The notes: generated by a model not told the origin, from the letters alone. A stretch of 63,229 nt of DNA, filler included, from Folioceros fuciformis (GCA_049999805.1; 11 parts of 11 records of this genome joined end to end with filler, not necessarily neighbours in it), one strand, 5' to 3'; shown: positions 23,765 to 37,198, counted from the whole stretch's first letter. Numbers and translations are program-made.

Positions 23765-25777
23765 GTCGACCGGCTTGAACGATTGGGCATCGCTCGCTAC
23801 TTCAAGAACGAGATCAGGATGTGCCTGGATTATGTCGACAAAGAATGGTCGGCAACTGGTCTGGCTTGGGGGAGAGGTTCCACGGTCACTGATCTGGATG
23901 ACACTGCCATGGGCTTCCGGCTGCTTCGCAAGCACGGATACGACGTCTCTCCAGATGTTTTTCTGCCATTCAAGAGGGACAACCAGTTTTTTTGCTTTGC
24001 TGGTCAGTCGGGGCAAGCAGTGTCGGGGATATTGAACTTCTACAAAGCTTCGCAGACATTGTTTCCTGGAGAGACTTTGCTGGAGGGGTCTCGAACGTTT
24101 TGCCGCAATTTCCTTGAGGCAAAGTGGCATGCCAACGAAGTCTACGACAAGTGGATGATGACCAAAGACCTGCCCGGAGAGGTGGAATATGCCTTGAATT
24201 TTCCCTTCTACGCCAGTCTGCCTCGGATTGAGACCAGAGCTTATCTGGACCACTATGGTACCAATGACATCTGGATTGGCAAGACACTTTACAAGTAAGT
24301 CGGATTCCAAGTTTCCAGTGAATGGCACAGCATTGTCAGCATACAATGGCTAACGCTGCTCCTTATCAGAATGCGTTACCTTCACAACCCAACACTCCTA
24401 GCATTTGCCAAGGCCGACTTCAACCTTTGCCAGAAGCGATATCAGCAGGAGCTTGAGCATCTTGTCAGGTATGGATGCGTAAATATTGCGCAAAAGCATC
24501 ATGACTTTCAAGGGCTAAGAGCTTTGCGTGGATGTAGAAGTTTGTGACGTCCGCACTCAAGGTCCTGTCGATGATGCCGTCATTGTGGACAACTGCAGAT
24601 GGAATGAGTCAGCGGATTTTGCACAGCTTTCTTTCGCGAGGCAGAAGGTGGTGGAGTGCTTCTTCGCAGCTGCTGCTACCATGTACGAGCCGGAGCTGAA
24701 CAGCGCTCGGAGAATTTGGGCTCAGATGGGCGTGCTAACTACTGTGCTGGACGATTATTTTGATACGGGCACTCCCCTTGTGGATCTTCGGCGGTTCAAA
24801 GCAGCTGTAGATAGGTAAGGATACATTCCAACATTTCTTGTCCTGAGGCCCTTGGAGGCCTTTTGGAAGCTTGTGATAAACAAGTGCCTGCTATGCTTGC
24901 AACGTCATCGCAGCTGGGATCCATCTTTAATTGACATCAAGAACGAAAGGCAGAGGATCACATTTATGGGTCTGTACAACACCATTAATGGCATAGCTGC
25001 TGAAGGGTATCTGGCTCAAGGCCGAGACGTCAGCAGGCATTTTATCGGCTATGTAAGATTCCAAACCTTTGGAACTGAAAGAGTAGGCTAGGTGCACGTG
25101 GAGGTCCATCCTAATGTGATCTTGGGCATCTTCGTGGGTGCAGTACAAACGGTGGATCGGCTCCTGTTTAGTGGAGGCTGAGTGGGCAGAAAAGCAAGAG
25201 ATTCCCCAGTGGGAGGAATACATGATCAATGCGGAACCATCAATTGCCCTGGAGTGCGTGATGCTGCCGCCCATCTTTTTTGTGGGTGAGGAACTGAGCG
25301 ACGAGGTGTTGGAGGGAGAGGAGTTTGTGAGGCTCACAAAGATGGTGAACATCATTGGCCGTCTCCTGAACGACATTCAAGGTTACAAGGTGGGTAATCA
25401 AGTTCCTCATCTCCAGATGCTTCATTTGGAGGCTCTGTTACACGTCACCGACTAGGTTTTTCACACCCAAGCTATTTCTTGCTTTGCAGAGAGAAGCTGC
25501 AGAAGGAAAGGCCAACAGCGTGATTATTCGAATGAGGGACCATCCTGGAGCCAGCGACGAAGAGACGATGGCTACTCTCTGCAAGATAATTGACACCACT
25601 ATGCAGGAATTGACACTTGAGGTATTTCAGGCCTCGGAAGTTCCACAGGCTTGTAAGGAGGTGCTCTACCACATGGCCAGAGTCATGCATCTTTTCTACA
25701 AGGATACCGACGGCTTCAGCTCCCTCACAGCCATGAAAGAGCATGTCAAGAAACTGCTTTTCGAGCCCGTTCTCTAG
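23765..25777 (+). CDS. Bifunctional class II/class I diterpene synthase (CPS/KS-type), 5'-truncated; exons about 23765-24294, 24370-24468, 24599-24814, 24914-25052, 25144-25389, 25490-25777
   Basis: Class II motif DLDDTAMGFRLLR; FFCFAGQS; DKW...KDLPGEVEYAL.FP.YASLPR.E.R; AKADFN.CQ; class I motif TTVLDDYFD; NSE/DTE motif RLLNDIQGYKRE..EGK.NSV. Splice phases are compatible. Confidence 0.92.
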
Positions 25778-27399
25778 AGACGCAGGAAGGAGAAAATCCG
25801 TCCACTTTTCTGTCGGGAGACTTCGCTTATCAACTTCTACCATGGTGTGCCTCATCTACTTGCAGCACTGTCATCCACTCCCTCTAGGCACCCCAATTCC
25901 AGTGGAAGCGCAGGATGCTTAACTTCTGTGCTTGGAGGTTCGAAAGCAAAGCGGTTCCTAGACTTCTGTTAACCGAAACTGAGCCTCCTTTGCACATGAG
26001 GGCTAGGCAACTAACAGAGTTATCTCACTAAAATCGGGAAACCCCGTTGTATATTAATCTCACTTGACCACCTAGACTTTGCAACTTGTATTATCTTTAA
26101 GACGGCCAGCTTTTGAAACCTCTTTAAACTTATTTGCTGATTTTCTAAAAACTTTAAAACTTATTTATTCTTGAAAGTTAGAGTATAAAAAAATTAAGTT
26201 AACTACGTTATTAAAGCTACATTTTGAAATCAAAGATTACTGCTTTGTTTTCCTTTAACCCTTGGCATGTCTATCAGCATATATAGAGACTTTTTTTCTT
26301 GTTTTTATTGGCTTTATCGTTGCAGTATTAGGCTTAAAAGTATGCCTTAGGGGCTTGAAAATATGTTTTGAGGATTAGTTTCTTTGAATTTGGCTTAAAG
26401 AAAAAATATATCTTAAAATAGACAGGAAATCCCTACTACTCCTTAGTTATGTTATTTTAAAGAGATGAGAAATCCCATCTACCCCTATCCTTAGTTATGT
26501 TATATGAAATAGATGAGAAATCTCATCCACCCCAACCCCAACAAAGGGCAAAGGGCCAATAGAGGGTTGAAAGCCAAGAGACTAGTCCATGCGAATACTC
26601 ATGAATACGAGTCCTATAATAGCCTATACCCCTATAGGCCTATTATTTCCTAAAGATATCATGATTGGAGGTGGGAGAGACTAAATCTATTTGTAGCCCC
26701 TAAGATGTCATAGAGTTCCTGAAGATGTCATGAATGAGATGGGAGAAACTAAATCTATTCTCCCTAAAATGATTGGAGATAGTGAAAAGCCAAATTTATT
26801 CATAGCCCCTAAGATTTATGATTGGAGATAATAAAGAGCCTACTTGGAATTTAAGGGGCCTACTCTACATCAGTAATAGTCTTACAAGTACTCGTAGCCC
26901 TTAAGATGTCGGCATTGGAGATATTGATATTGTTCCAAAACACTAGTATCCAACTTGTACATCACAATGTTGCAAAACCTATAGTAGTATCCACTATGTA
27001 AACCACATTTGCCGAATTACTCTTTGCTAAGCATTGGAAACATGCTCCAAAAGAAGGTCACCATTCAAGGAAGAGAAACCCATTTCTATTCCTGTGATAA
27101 GCCTGTGAACATTGCTTAATGAGTCTAGAGAAATTCTTGTCCATAGTACCATAGGCCTGAAGAATAAGGAGGATAAAAACGTGACCCATCTGGATAGAAG
27201 TGTATTTATAGACCTTGCTTGTCACCCATTCCTCAACCGCTCAACCCGAAGGTTGATAATTACATGCTCACATATAGAGTCCCTAATTGAATTTGTCACA
27301 ACTAGGCTCTAACATAAATATGTTTTTTGGGAAAGAAAAGAATTTGAATTGAATCATCACTAGGCTGCTTGAGACTCCATTGGTGATAGCCCGAATCCA

Positions 27400-29640
27400 C
27401 ATCAGAAGTCCTTGTAAGCCTCAATCATCTTCCAAGTTTGGGGGGAAGAGAAGGCCTGTCACCCCAGCCTCCTTGTCTAACCTAACTACTTTAGGAACTA
27501 CTACAAAAGTAGTGTAGGTAGTGCTTACCTAACTAGCTCGAACCCTGAAGCAATTGAACACCTATTTTCCCTAAGGACAAGCATGATTCCATTGACGGTC
27601 GCCCCTGGGCCCAGAAAACCCACTAGTCTTCATTCCTTTTGTTTAAATCTATGTAGGAAACCTGCATTGAGATCGTCTATTGCCCCCAAATGCGCCACAA
27701 TAAAGCCTTAAAGTTTGTTGTTTCCATATCTTTCTCGCCATATACAACCAACGTCCAATTGAGCTAGAGGCAAAAAGACTTGAAGCTCCACAACAAACCC
27801 CACCATTAAATCTAAAGTAGTGGTTTCCTCGAGCCCTCATCCAAACCAAAGAGCGTTGTTCGTTCCATGACTCTAAGGTTAGCTATAGGAAAGAGGGCTT
27901 GCCGCTAGCTCTCGACCTCTTTCTTAATTGCTTGCGCAAAGTTATTGTGGAGAAATAGATGTTGACTTTTGTTGGGGGCTCTTGCATAGTATACCTTGCA
28001 AAATCTCTCCCCTTAGCCACTAACAAGTCATCCCAATGATCATCATTTGGTAAACAGGCTTGAAAGAAACACCTGATTGTGATCCTCACCTTAGGTGGAA
28101 TGCCAGCACACGATCACAATAGTTTTGATCACTAATAGCTGGCGCCTGAAGGAGAGTCTTGACCTTGAAGCCATTGGCTTGCATTGGCTGTACCTGTTTT
28201 TCTATGCAAACACCATCTAATGGTAAATATTTGTAGTTTGAAAGTTAAAGAGTGACCTTGGCTTCCCCTACTAGCTCCCTGGACGTCTTGGCCATCTAAA
28301 GAGGTCAAGTCTCATTTCTAATTCCCAGTTTTCTACTAGTTGGAACCAACATTCCTTCCTGATTTGGCCAGAGGACGGCTGCGCCATACATTGCTCACCT
28401 TGAGTACACCATCTCCCTACTTGCAATGTTATTGTTAGCATCGTTACTGGCCATAGTGCCCCGCGACGAATATGCCTTTCACTCCTTCCTTAACACTCCA
28501 AAAGCTCCTTGGGAGAAACAACCCTGTACAACCAAGCCGGCCCTTCACCTACTTGGAAGCTAAAAATGCATGATCTAATGCTGGAGCAATAAACTACTCT
28601 TTTGAGTCAAATTCCTTGGCCTTGCTATCCAAGTATGCCGAGTATGCTGCCCACATCTATTCTAAAACTTCCCCAAGTTGCAATAGAGCTTATTTCATCT
28701 CAGGGGCCATTCCCTCGTGCAACTAAGTAAATATGAGCCTAATACATCAAGATGACATAGCAAACTCCCCTATTACCACCTCCACCTCCTTCCAGCAAGA
28801 CTTTGTCCTATTCCACAAGTGGCCAAGTTGACACAGCTCCTGCTGACTAGCTGCTCCAAAGATCTGGGAGAGGTAGACCTGAGAGGTAATATTCAATGTC
28901 CATACACTCTGAGAGCCTTGAAGAGAAGTGCCTAGCACATCATCCATACTCAAAGGGTTAGATGGAGTGACACGCACTTTGAGCTCCAAGTAACTGCTCC
29001 AAATTGACTTAAAGAGTGGGGAGCAATCCTTAGTATCCAACAAAGGCTTGTCAACAAGGATATTATCAATTGCCCTTCATTCTTGAGAGACTGCTTGCAT
29101 TCACTACAAGTGTTGGATTAAAATACTCTTCTATGGTAGCAAAATGGATCAGCAGCCTTTATTACCCACTGAGTATGTAATGCTTTCATCTTGCTAAATG
29201 GGTCCACCAACCCAAGGCAAGGCTTGAGGTATATGATGCCATGCTACTTTGTGAGTTTGCACATGGCGCGCCTCTAGATCGGCTCCACAACAAATTGATT
29301 ATAACCTGTTGCAACCTTTTCAAGTCTGCCTTAGTCAGGACCCATAAGAACAAGTAGTACCATAAGTAGCCCATAGGAATGTGATTGATCATCACCAGCC
29401 CACTAGCAAGATTGAGTTCCAAGAGCTGAAGACTCCTAGCTTTCTGAATGAACCTTAGGCAAACAAATTTTCTAATGTCCCTATTCTCATCCGTTTTCTA
29501 AAAGGTAGCCTCAAATACTGGCAAGTGGAGCCAAGGACCCTTATGATATGACTAATGCATTGAGGTACTTCCTCCTTCATGATGCATAACATGCGAGTCT
29601 TCCTCCAATTTTAACCTTGCATCTTAAGAGTTGACCAAAG
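27400..29640 (-). mobile_element. Degenerate non-LTR (LINE) retrotransposon ORF2 remnant (post-RT region and RNase H)
   Basis: Fragments GYLWYYLFLW...LKRLQQVIINLLWS, LFKSIWSSYLELK and RNase H-like YFRFNGG; many stops and frameshifts. Confidence 0.55.
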
Positions 29641-30139
29641 ATTTAAACCTTTAGTGAAAAAACCTTAGAATTCAAGAAAATTGTATTACGCAATATATAT
29701 GAACACGCTCTATAAAGGAAAAACCTACACAATTTGGTCACCAAAAACATGATATCACAAACAACATCACAAGTAGCAAGTTTATTGGGCCTCAATGACC
29801 TCAACTTCGTGCTCCCTAGGCAACCTTCACACACCCAAAATCCTAAACCCCCATTTGGAGATTAAAGGGAGCTCTCTACAAAAAAGGCAGGCTTGACAAT
29901 GGCTTAGGCACTAAATAAGGTTTTGGTGCCAAGGACGAGGAGCCCTTCCCTCTCACCAAGCTCGTAAGATCAATTTACGTTTCCGCATTCTACTACACAT
30001 TGCTTTGGCTTTGCTATTCTTTGCTTCAACTTTGTTGCTCTCTGCTCCGACCCTACAACCTTTTGCTTTGACTCTACTACTATTTGCTTCAAGTTTGTGT
30101 CATCTACTTCAACTCTGTTGCCGCTCGCTTCGATTTTAA

Positions 30140-30425
30140 TATTGTTTGCTCCAACTCGGTTACTGTCCGCTCCTTGCTCCAACTCGGCTACTGTCCACNN
30201 NNNNNNNNNNNNNNNNNNNNNNNNNNNNNNNNNNNNNNNNNNNNNNNNNNNNNNNNNNNNNNNNNNNNNNNNNNNNNNNNNNNNNNNNNNNNNNNNNNTC
30301 CAACTCGGCTACTGTCCACTCCTTGTCCGCTCCTTGCTCCAACTCGGCTACTGTCCACTCCTTGTCCGCTCCTTGCTCCAACTCTTGTCCGCTCCTTGCT
30401 CCAACTCGGCTACTGTCCACTCCGT
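30140..30425. repeat. Tandem repeat array (CTCCAACTCGGCTACTGTCCACTCCTTGTCCGCTCCTTG, ~39 bp with shorter variants) spanning an N gap
   Basis: Multiple near-identical copies on both sides of the gap. Confidence 0.85.
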
Positions 30426-30956
30426 GTCTAATATTGTTTGCTACACCGCTACTACCATATGCTTCGACTCTACCACTCTCCACTTTAACTCCATTGACTC
30501 TCCACTTTAACTCATTACCGTCCCCTCCAACCTTGCTGCTAGGTTGTTGTAAACTAAGCTTAGAGTTTCAACGATGAGGTGGAACAACCCAAAGAGGGCC
30601 AACAAGTAGCTAGTCTTTCTTCTATCCAATGCTTCTCAATCTCATGTGCTAAAGGCATAAATGTTCTGGACCTAATACATATACTAATAATATTTGGAGA
30701 GTGTATCCACAGCCCAATGAAACAAATTACCCTAGACAACTTGATGCTAGGGTAATTTGAAGAAAGAAACTGGACGTCGAACTACATAATTTATGTCAAT
30801 ATTTGCGTTGGTAAGTAGAGGATCATCGGAGGCGTGAGGCGGTGTGAAGAAGATGCAGACGGCTTCCTTGCTGGGATTTTGTTTGATTCTTGAAAGGAAC
30901 TCTTGAAAGAGGTGTCCTGGGAGGGTGGGGCTGACTACGTCTGGTATGTGATTCTT

Positions 30957-32624
30957 TCAGGCAATTCGAGAATAGGTCGGGGGGCGGATGGTACAATCTG
31001 ACGACAGAGGATAGTAACAGTACGTGTCGTTCTTCATGCAGAGGAAGAGGCGCTCGTATGCGGCCCCCATTTTGGAGGCGGTGAACATGAGAGCCGCATA
31101 TTCCAAGCACATGCGGCCCTTCTTTCGCAACGCTTCCCTGCCGTCGTGGATGACGGAGAACAAAGCCGCAGTGAGGGCCTCTACATTGGGCGAGAAAGTA
31201 TAGCCGAAATCCTTGGACACCACCACGCTCCAGGTGATGCTGGAGAAGTGCGTGGCCAACAGCGGCTTCCCGCACTGCATTGCCTCGAGCAGGGTGTGAT
31301 CCAGGCCCTGCGCCCGCAGCGTAGGGTTCACAAACACGTCGATGGCGTTATAGAAATCCGCAAGCTCCCAGGGCGTCATCGGGCCAAGCATCTTGGCATT
31401 GGGAGCCAGCTCACGGTATCTGTCCCCCCAAGGCCCGTTCCCCGCCACCAGCAGATACACGTCTTTGCGCTCCTTCAGGATGTGCGAGAAGGCATCGAAG
31501 AGCAGCGGGTGACCCTTGTCCCGCACCAGCCTCCCCGCGGCCCCGAGCACTAGAGATGCGTTGCGTGGGACGCCGTGCTTGGCCAGGAACGCAGCTCCCT
31601 TGGCCGGGTCCGGGTGGAACTTGACCTGGTCCACCCCGTTCAGGATGATGTGCACCCGCTCCAGCGGGATTTCGTAGATGGTGCGCAGGACATCCCCAAC
31701 GTAATCAGAAGTGGCAACATGATGGTTGTAGCTATGGAAGAAACGGACTTCATCCGCCACTTTCAACACACGCTCCGCCAAGCTCTTCTGCAGATCGGGA
31801 GACCTCGGCTCGCCCGGCTTGCGGGTTAGGTCATGGACGATGTCGGAATGGATGGTTTCATAGGCGATGCCGTGCCAGGACGCAGCCAGCCGAGGTACTT
31901 CCCTGGCCCTCCAATGAGGGAGAGCAACGCTCTCTGAGTGCACGCACTCGAAGGGCGCGCTCGCGTTGATGTTCACAAACCTCTCCCATGCCTCGGCATG
32001 ATCGAAGCCTCCGCCAGCGTTGGGCTTCAGGATGTGGATCTCCAGGTTCTTTCCGTCCAGCAGCTCCCTCGGCAGGTTCTCCATCTCCGGGGAGGTGGTG
32101 AAGACGTGCACGATGTGCCCCCGTTCCGCCAGCACCCGGTGCAGCGTCATGGCGTGTCGCTCCAGCCCGCCCGGGGTGCCGCCTACCGGCCACTTCTTGA
32201 CGAAGAGCGCCATCCTCAGGCTCTCCGGGGGCGGGCCGAAGCAGAGCCGGTTCCAGGCCGTGTCCAGCTTGCGCAGATCCCCCGACCACTGCGCGGCCTG
32301 TTGCTCCCGCTCCTGCTCCGCAACCCATTGCACTCCCCTCGCCTCATGCCGCCCGCGCTCCGCGCACGACGGCGACCAGCCGAATATGGCCAGGGAGTAC
32401 ACAAGCAAGCACGCCGCCATGACGAAGCCCCAGCCGCAGTGCCAGGACGCCACCACTCGCCGAGCGGTGCCCCGCCATCGCTGCGATACTCCCCCGCCTT
32501 GCAGCTCTTTGCATCCCGCGCCCATGCCACACCGGCCACCGCGATCCAGATCTTGCCAGATTATGCAGGCGTTATACCTCGCCTCTTCTCGCCCGCGATC
32601 GTGCCCTGCCATGCCCCATTTCAA
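30957..32624 (-). CDS. Glycosyltransferase family 4 (GT-B fold) with N-terminal membrane anchor, intronless; start codon uncertain
   Basis: AWNRLCFG...LRMALFVKKWP.GG.PGGLERHA.TLH..LA.RGH.VHVFT, HSESVALPHW, SWHGIAYE, HIILNGVD, AGRLVRDKGHPLLF, FYNAIDVFVNPTLRAQGLDHTLLEAM, FTASKMGAAYERLFLCM. Confidence 0.92.
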   Translation of the reverse strand: MKWGMAGHDRGREEARYNACIIWQDLDRGGRCGMGAGCKELQGGGVSQRWRGTARRVVASWHCGWGFVMAACLLVYSLAIFGWSPSCAERGRHEARGVQWVAEQEREQQAAQWSGDLRKLDTAWNRLCFGPPPESLRMALFVKKWPVGGTPGGLERHAMTLHRVLAERGHIVHVFTTSPEMENLPRELLDGKNLEIHILKPNAGGGFDHAEAWERFVNINASAPFECVHSESVALPHWRAREVPRLAASWHGIAYETIHSDIVHDLTRKPGEPRSPDLQKSLAERVLKVADEVRFFHSYNHHVATSDYVGDVLRTIYEIPLERVHIILNGVDQVKFHPDPAKGAAFLAKHGVPRNASLVLGAAGRLVRDKGHPLLFDAFSHILKERKDVYLLVAGNGPWGDRYRELAPNAKMLGPMTPWELADFYNAIDVFVNPTLRAQGLDHTLLEAMQCGKPLLATHFSSITWSVVVSKDFGYTFSPNVEALTAALFSVIHDGREALRKKGRMCLEYAALMFTASKMGAAYERLFLCMKNDTYCYYPLSSDCTIRPPTYSRIA

Positions 32625-33502
32625 GAAACACTACCCGCCGTGCAGTCTGTACGTGTGCAGCTGCTGCCGATAAATCAAGAAATGTGCTCGAACAACTCCT
32701 GCAAACCAAGAAATCATCAGCATGCATAGAGCGCAATCCATCTTTCGTCATCCATTTCCCGTTGTGCCAGTGCCTGCAGATGTGTGGTTACATGCTGCTT
32801 CAACGCTCCCAAAGAAACTAGCGCCCCACGCCATTCGTCATTCAAGCAGCACAAATGATTCCGATCTAACGCATATCGATGGATTCCCGCCTGCATCTTC
32901 GACTTCACACCTTGCTCAACTTCTGCCCTGCTTGGCTGTCTAGAGGTACTTGCCTGTGGCCTACTTGCCTTGTGAAGGGTGAGTGAAGTCGACAACGCGA
33001 GCCTTTGTTGGAGTCCAGAGAAAATGAATGAAATGAAATTTATTATCAACACTGCCTTCATTGTGCATCGTGAGTTAAAATAGTTAGTAAATTATGTTTA
33101 GGATTACGTAATATTAATTGACCATGAGTACTAAGACTAAAAATTGGACCAGGTCATTGAAATTTATTCATTTTGCAAATATGTAGGTGGGGTGCCTAAA
33201 GGCCGATAACTTAGATACACAATTCAATAAGCTTTCAAGATTAAAAAATATTTATAATAATAAAAATATAGCAAATCTAGAGTGGATACAATTAATGCAC
33301 TTATAGTCCTTCAATGCACCTTTTTTTTAAATAAAACAAATCCATATGATGCTTTTCACCCTTTAGTGCTCTCACTCTCATGCTTACACACACAATATGC
33401 TCTTACACTTTGCCACTATAGATAACCAATGTCATGGTGGCTAGTCTTTCAAACTGTTAATCATATGCTCTGATTACTCTATTGGCACGCATTTCAGCAG
33501 CT

Positions 33503-33712
33503 CTAAGGCTTGGATTGGCAAGCATAGGTCTCCCTTAGCAGCATAGCTAAGGCTTGGATTGGCCAGCACAGGTCTCTCTCAGCACCACAGCTAAGGCTTG
33601 GATTGCCCAGCATAGGACTCTCTTAGCACCACCACTAAGGCTTGGATTGCCAAGCATAGGACTCTCTCAGCACCACTACTAAGGCTTGGATTGTCAAGCA
33701 CAGGTCCCTCTT
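33503..33712. repeat. ~44-bp minisatellite x5 (CTAAGGCTTGGATTG-CAAGCATAGG-CTCTC-AGCACCAC)
   Basis: Five recognisable copies. Confidence 0.85.
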
Positions 33713-33864
33713 GGAGGCACAAGTAGCACTATAGGCATGTTGTGAAATGCACAAGAGGAGCCCAAGCTATAGTTTCTATGATTAGCCACTCATTTTGCAT
33801 AAGTTTTAGCATAGCTCAGCTCATCCTGTTAGCCATCCTGGCAGCCATATACAGGCCTGCATAT

Positions 33865-36317
33865 TAGCCACATGTCAATGAAGCTAGCCTCCAAAGCTCT
33901 AGCACTCTTTCATAAGATCACTCACTTGCTAATGCTTAGAGGCACACCATAGTCTGCGCTAAATAGTCGTATTCCACAAAGCCCATTTCGTATATTTCGA
34001 AAACAATGATATCCCAATCAGTTATTCATTTTTAATCATGTTTTTCAAAAACTAGGCTTGCTTAACATATATATTTTTAAACTTGTCCTTTATTTGTTCA
34101 ATTAAATAATGAGGACTTCGTTGTGGTTGATGCCATTTTCCTATTCAAATAATGATTTTATTGTTTTCCTTTGAAGATGTGCTAGTAGGCAAGTGCACTC
34201 ACTCAACAATAATGGTAAAACATACATTAGCATAGGTGAACTAGGAGCGATCATGAAAACGGTTGGCAGCAATGTCATTGAGCGTGAAGGTGACAAAAGG
34301 GGAAGGCGCTCAAGCCCTCTGCCTAGAGGTACCGCCAACCCAAGATTGAATCAAAGCCATGGCAATGCACCACGCATTGCCATAGCACACCTTGCATAAG
34401 CTACAAGTGTAGTGGCGGAAGTTCCTTATGCGGTGGAGGAGTCTCAAAGGGACCCTTCCTCCTTGCAACCCCAGGTCTTCGGCTTTTGATTACCCGACTG
34501 CACGTAAGGGCGGTTGGAAAGAGGCAATGATGTCTACTATGCGCGATGGCCTACCCCGGTCGAAGCGAATCATTCCCATGACAAGTTTGCGTAAGGTCAT
34601 GGCTAAACCTAAGTTTCTAGAGACACAACACCAACTCATGTCCTACCTTGTGGTTCTAGGCAAGGTCACTGGTCCCTCTCTCTTTGTCCAGGAGGTTAGA
34701 TCCTACATACAGGAGGCAATTGGGGCTCCCCCTGCGTGTGCCCTTGTCAAGCCTGACGGCAGCTTCCAGGTGAAGATGGAGTCCCGAAACCAGGCTAAAG
34801 CTTCCTAAGGGCTGTGAAGTTCTAGGCAATTGCACTCGTCACCCTGGAACCCTAGTCTGCATGCACACCTCTGCTAACAGAACTGACTTCAAGAAGAAAT
34901 TTGTGTGGGTGGAACTCCTTGGGCTCACCCCCTAACTTATTTGAGATGGCTGAATAAATAGTCCAAGTGGTGGGTGAAGTGTATGCCTGCTCCACCTTGA
35001 CGACATGTGGTTTGGAGTGACTCCACGTTTTGGCATCAAGGTTTCTTTGGCACTTGACCTTCTAGACAGTGCTATCATTGAATAATCTTCTGACCCCAGC
35101 ATCTAGCTCAAGCAATTGTTCTTTTGCCTGGACATCCCCACTTAATGTCGGAAATGTGGACGAGTAGACCATCTCCAAGGATCTTGTCCATTTGTGGCAT
35201 GGCAGCGCAGCACAATGGGAAACCAGTTGATGCTCACCTTGCCTTTGCCCCTACCTTCAATGCACACAGACCACAATGGGTAGCTATTAACACCGAAACC
35301 AACTAGTTGTGTTGTAGGTGGAGCGCAAGGCTCTTCGATCAATAGGTAGCAAATAGCACAACGATTAGAGTATGCATGTCTTTCAAGAAAAAGAGAGATT
35401 GGGAACTTTCTTCTGCATCCCAAATTTTGACAAATCAGTGACATTACCAAGTGTCACCTCTTGCGACTGATCAGGCCAGAGAATGGCAATCTCCGGCCTA
35501 ATCAGTCACAAGAGATGACACCTTAGGGCATGTGGGTTGCTGCGGAAAAAAGGGCTTTCTTAGGTCTCGAAGAGGAATTACACATTGCTTATGAGGCCAA
35601 TCTGGAAGGCAAGTTGAAGGGGAGTCAGGCTTACACAGTAAATGCATAGGAGCGATGACTTTCTTGCCTCCATTTTCTTCTACTTTTTCTTCGAAGTGGA
35701 AGAAAAGGTCAACTTTGGGGAACTTGCAAAGACGGATTGGTGTCAAGAAGACCTCTTCAAACAATCTATCAAAGATGTTGTTAGGGGACAAGGAGTTGTT
35801 TCCTTCAATACCAAAGTGGTGACAAAGGCTCTGTTAACGCACCTGGGCTGGGGAGGGAATCTACCCCAAATCATGATTCTAGGTACTCAAGTTGTCCAGG
35901 CCAAGCCGAATCTCAGCAAGCCATTGAGCCCTAGTATGTCTCCTTCATCACCAAAAAAGGCATTTAGTGGTCCCCCCTTAGTGGAGCCATAGCCACATGT
36001 CAGTGAAGCTAACCTCCAAAGCTCTAGCACTCTTCCATATGGTCACTCACTTGCTAGCGCTTAGAGGCACAACATGGTCTACACTCAATAGTCATATTCC
36101 ACCCAGCTCATTTGGTACATTTCGAAAACAATGATATCCCAATCAGTTATCCATTTTTAATCATGTTTCTCAAAAACTAGGCCCGCTTGAGATATCTATT
36201 TTTAAAGTTGTCCTTTATTTTTCAATTAAATAATAAGGACTTCGCTTTGGTTGCTGCCATCTGTCTATTCAAATAATGATTTTCTTATTTTCCTCTGAAG
36301 ATGCACCGGTAGACTAG
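33865..36317 (+). mobile_element. Degenerate LINE ORF1-like remnant bracketed by ~320-bp direct repeats (33865-34190 and 35990-36317)
   Basis: TAGCCACATGTCA-TGAAGCTA-CCTCCAAAGCTCTAGCACTCTT...TTCGAAAACAATGATATCCCAATCAGTTAT is duplicated. The interior carries KPDGSFQVKMES and KKFVWVELLGLTP (resembling the DUF4283 VWV.L.GLP motif) with stops. Confidence 0.5.
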
Positions 36318-37198
36318 NNNNNNNNNNNNNNNNNNNNNNNNNNNNNNNNNNNNNNNNNNNNTTAATTAATTAANNNNNNNNNNNNNNNNNNNNNNNNNNN
36401 NNNNNNNNNNNNNNNNNTATAGTATCTCATGACAGACAAGATATAGTAAAAATCTTCAATTGATAATAACATGAATAATCCTAAACTCATCCTTCCGTGG
36501 TGAGCTATGGGTTATATGTTATGGTTAGTATGTTGGATTATATATATATTTTGGTTGTACTTAGATCATATACATATTTACATAATTCATTGAGGGTTTT
36601 TTTAAGGTTGCAATTAATATATTTGAAAAAATGAGATGAAAAAATATATTACCCTTAAAGAAGGAGATAAATCATGATAGAATTTCTAAATCTAAGAGAT
36701 AAATATGATAGGAACATAGAAATACTATGGGAGATAAATTATAGAAGAATACTAGAGGGGATAAATTATGATAGAATACTAAGAGAGATAAATAAACCAT
36801 GATAAGAACGTAGGAGAGATTTAACTCTAAGCCTAATCCATGATAGAAACACTAAGGAGGGATTTAATCCTAAGCCTAATGACTACAAGTCGTAAGGAAT
36901 GTTGTCCCAATCCTCTATTAATATACTCAACACCTCAACAATTGGTCGTCGTCAGCAAGATACTCGCAATCCAGGGCCGCTATTATGCAGAAGCCGGTGC
37001 CTTGCGATTGTGACTCTATGCAATTGGCTGCCTCCAGCCTTCAAATTCCATCCTGTGCGTCCTAGTGAATTGTGCTTTCCATTTTCAACAATGGTTACTA
37101 TCTATACTCTTCCGGGGAACGGAGCGTTTTCCTACCTGTCGACACTTGGAGGATGGTCCAGGCTTCACCCATTGTTAAGCTTCAATGGTAGCGAACGG

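Noticed and set aside
31146-32729. Long antisense ORFs over the GT4 gene (and similar ones over the DnaJ, bHLH and DSK2 genes)
   Set aside because: Shadow ORFs caused by GC-rich codon usage; no recognisable domains.
33503-33712. CRISPR-like array (also 21334-21492, 30140-30425, 62130-62335)
   Set aside because: The units are tandem minisatellites whose 'spacers' resemble each other; the DNA is eukaryotic and has no cas genes.
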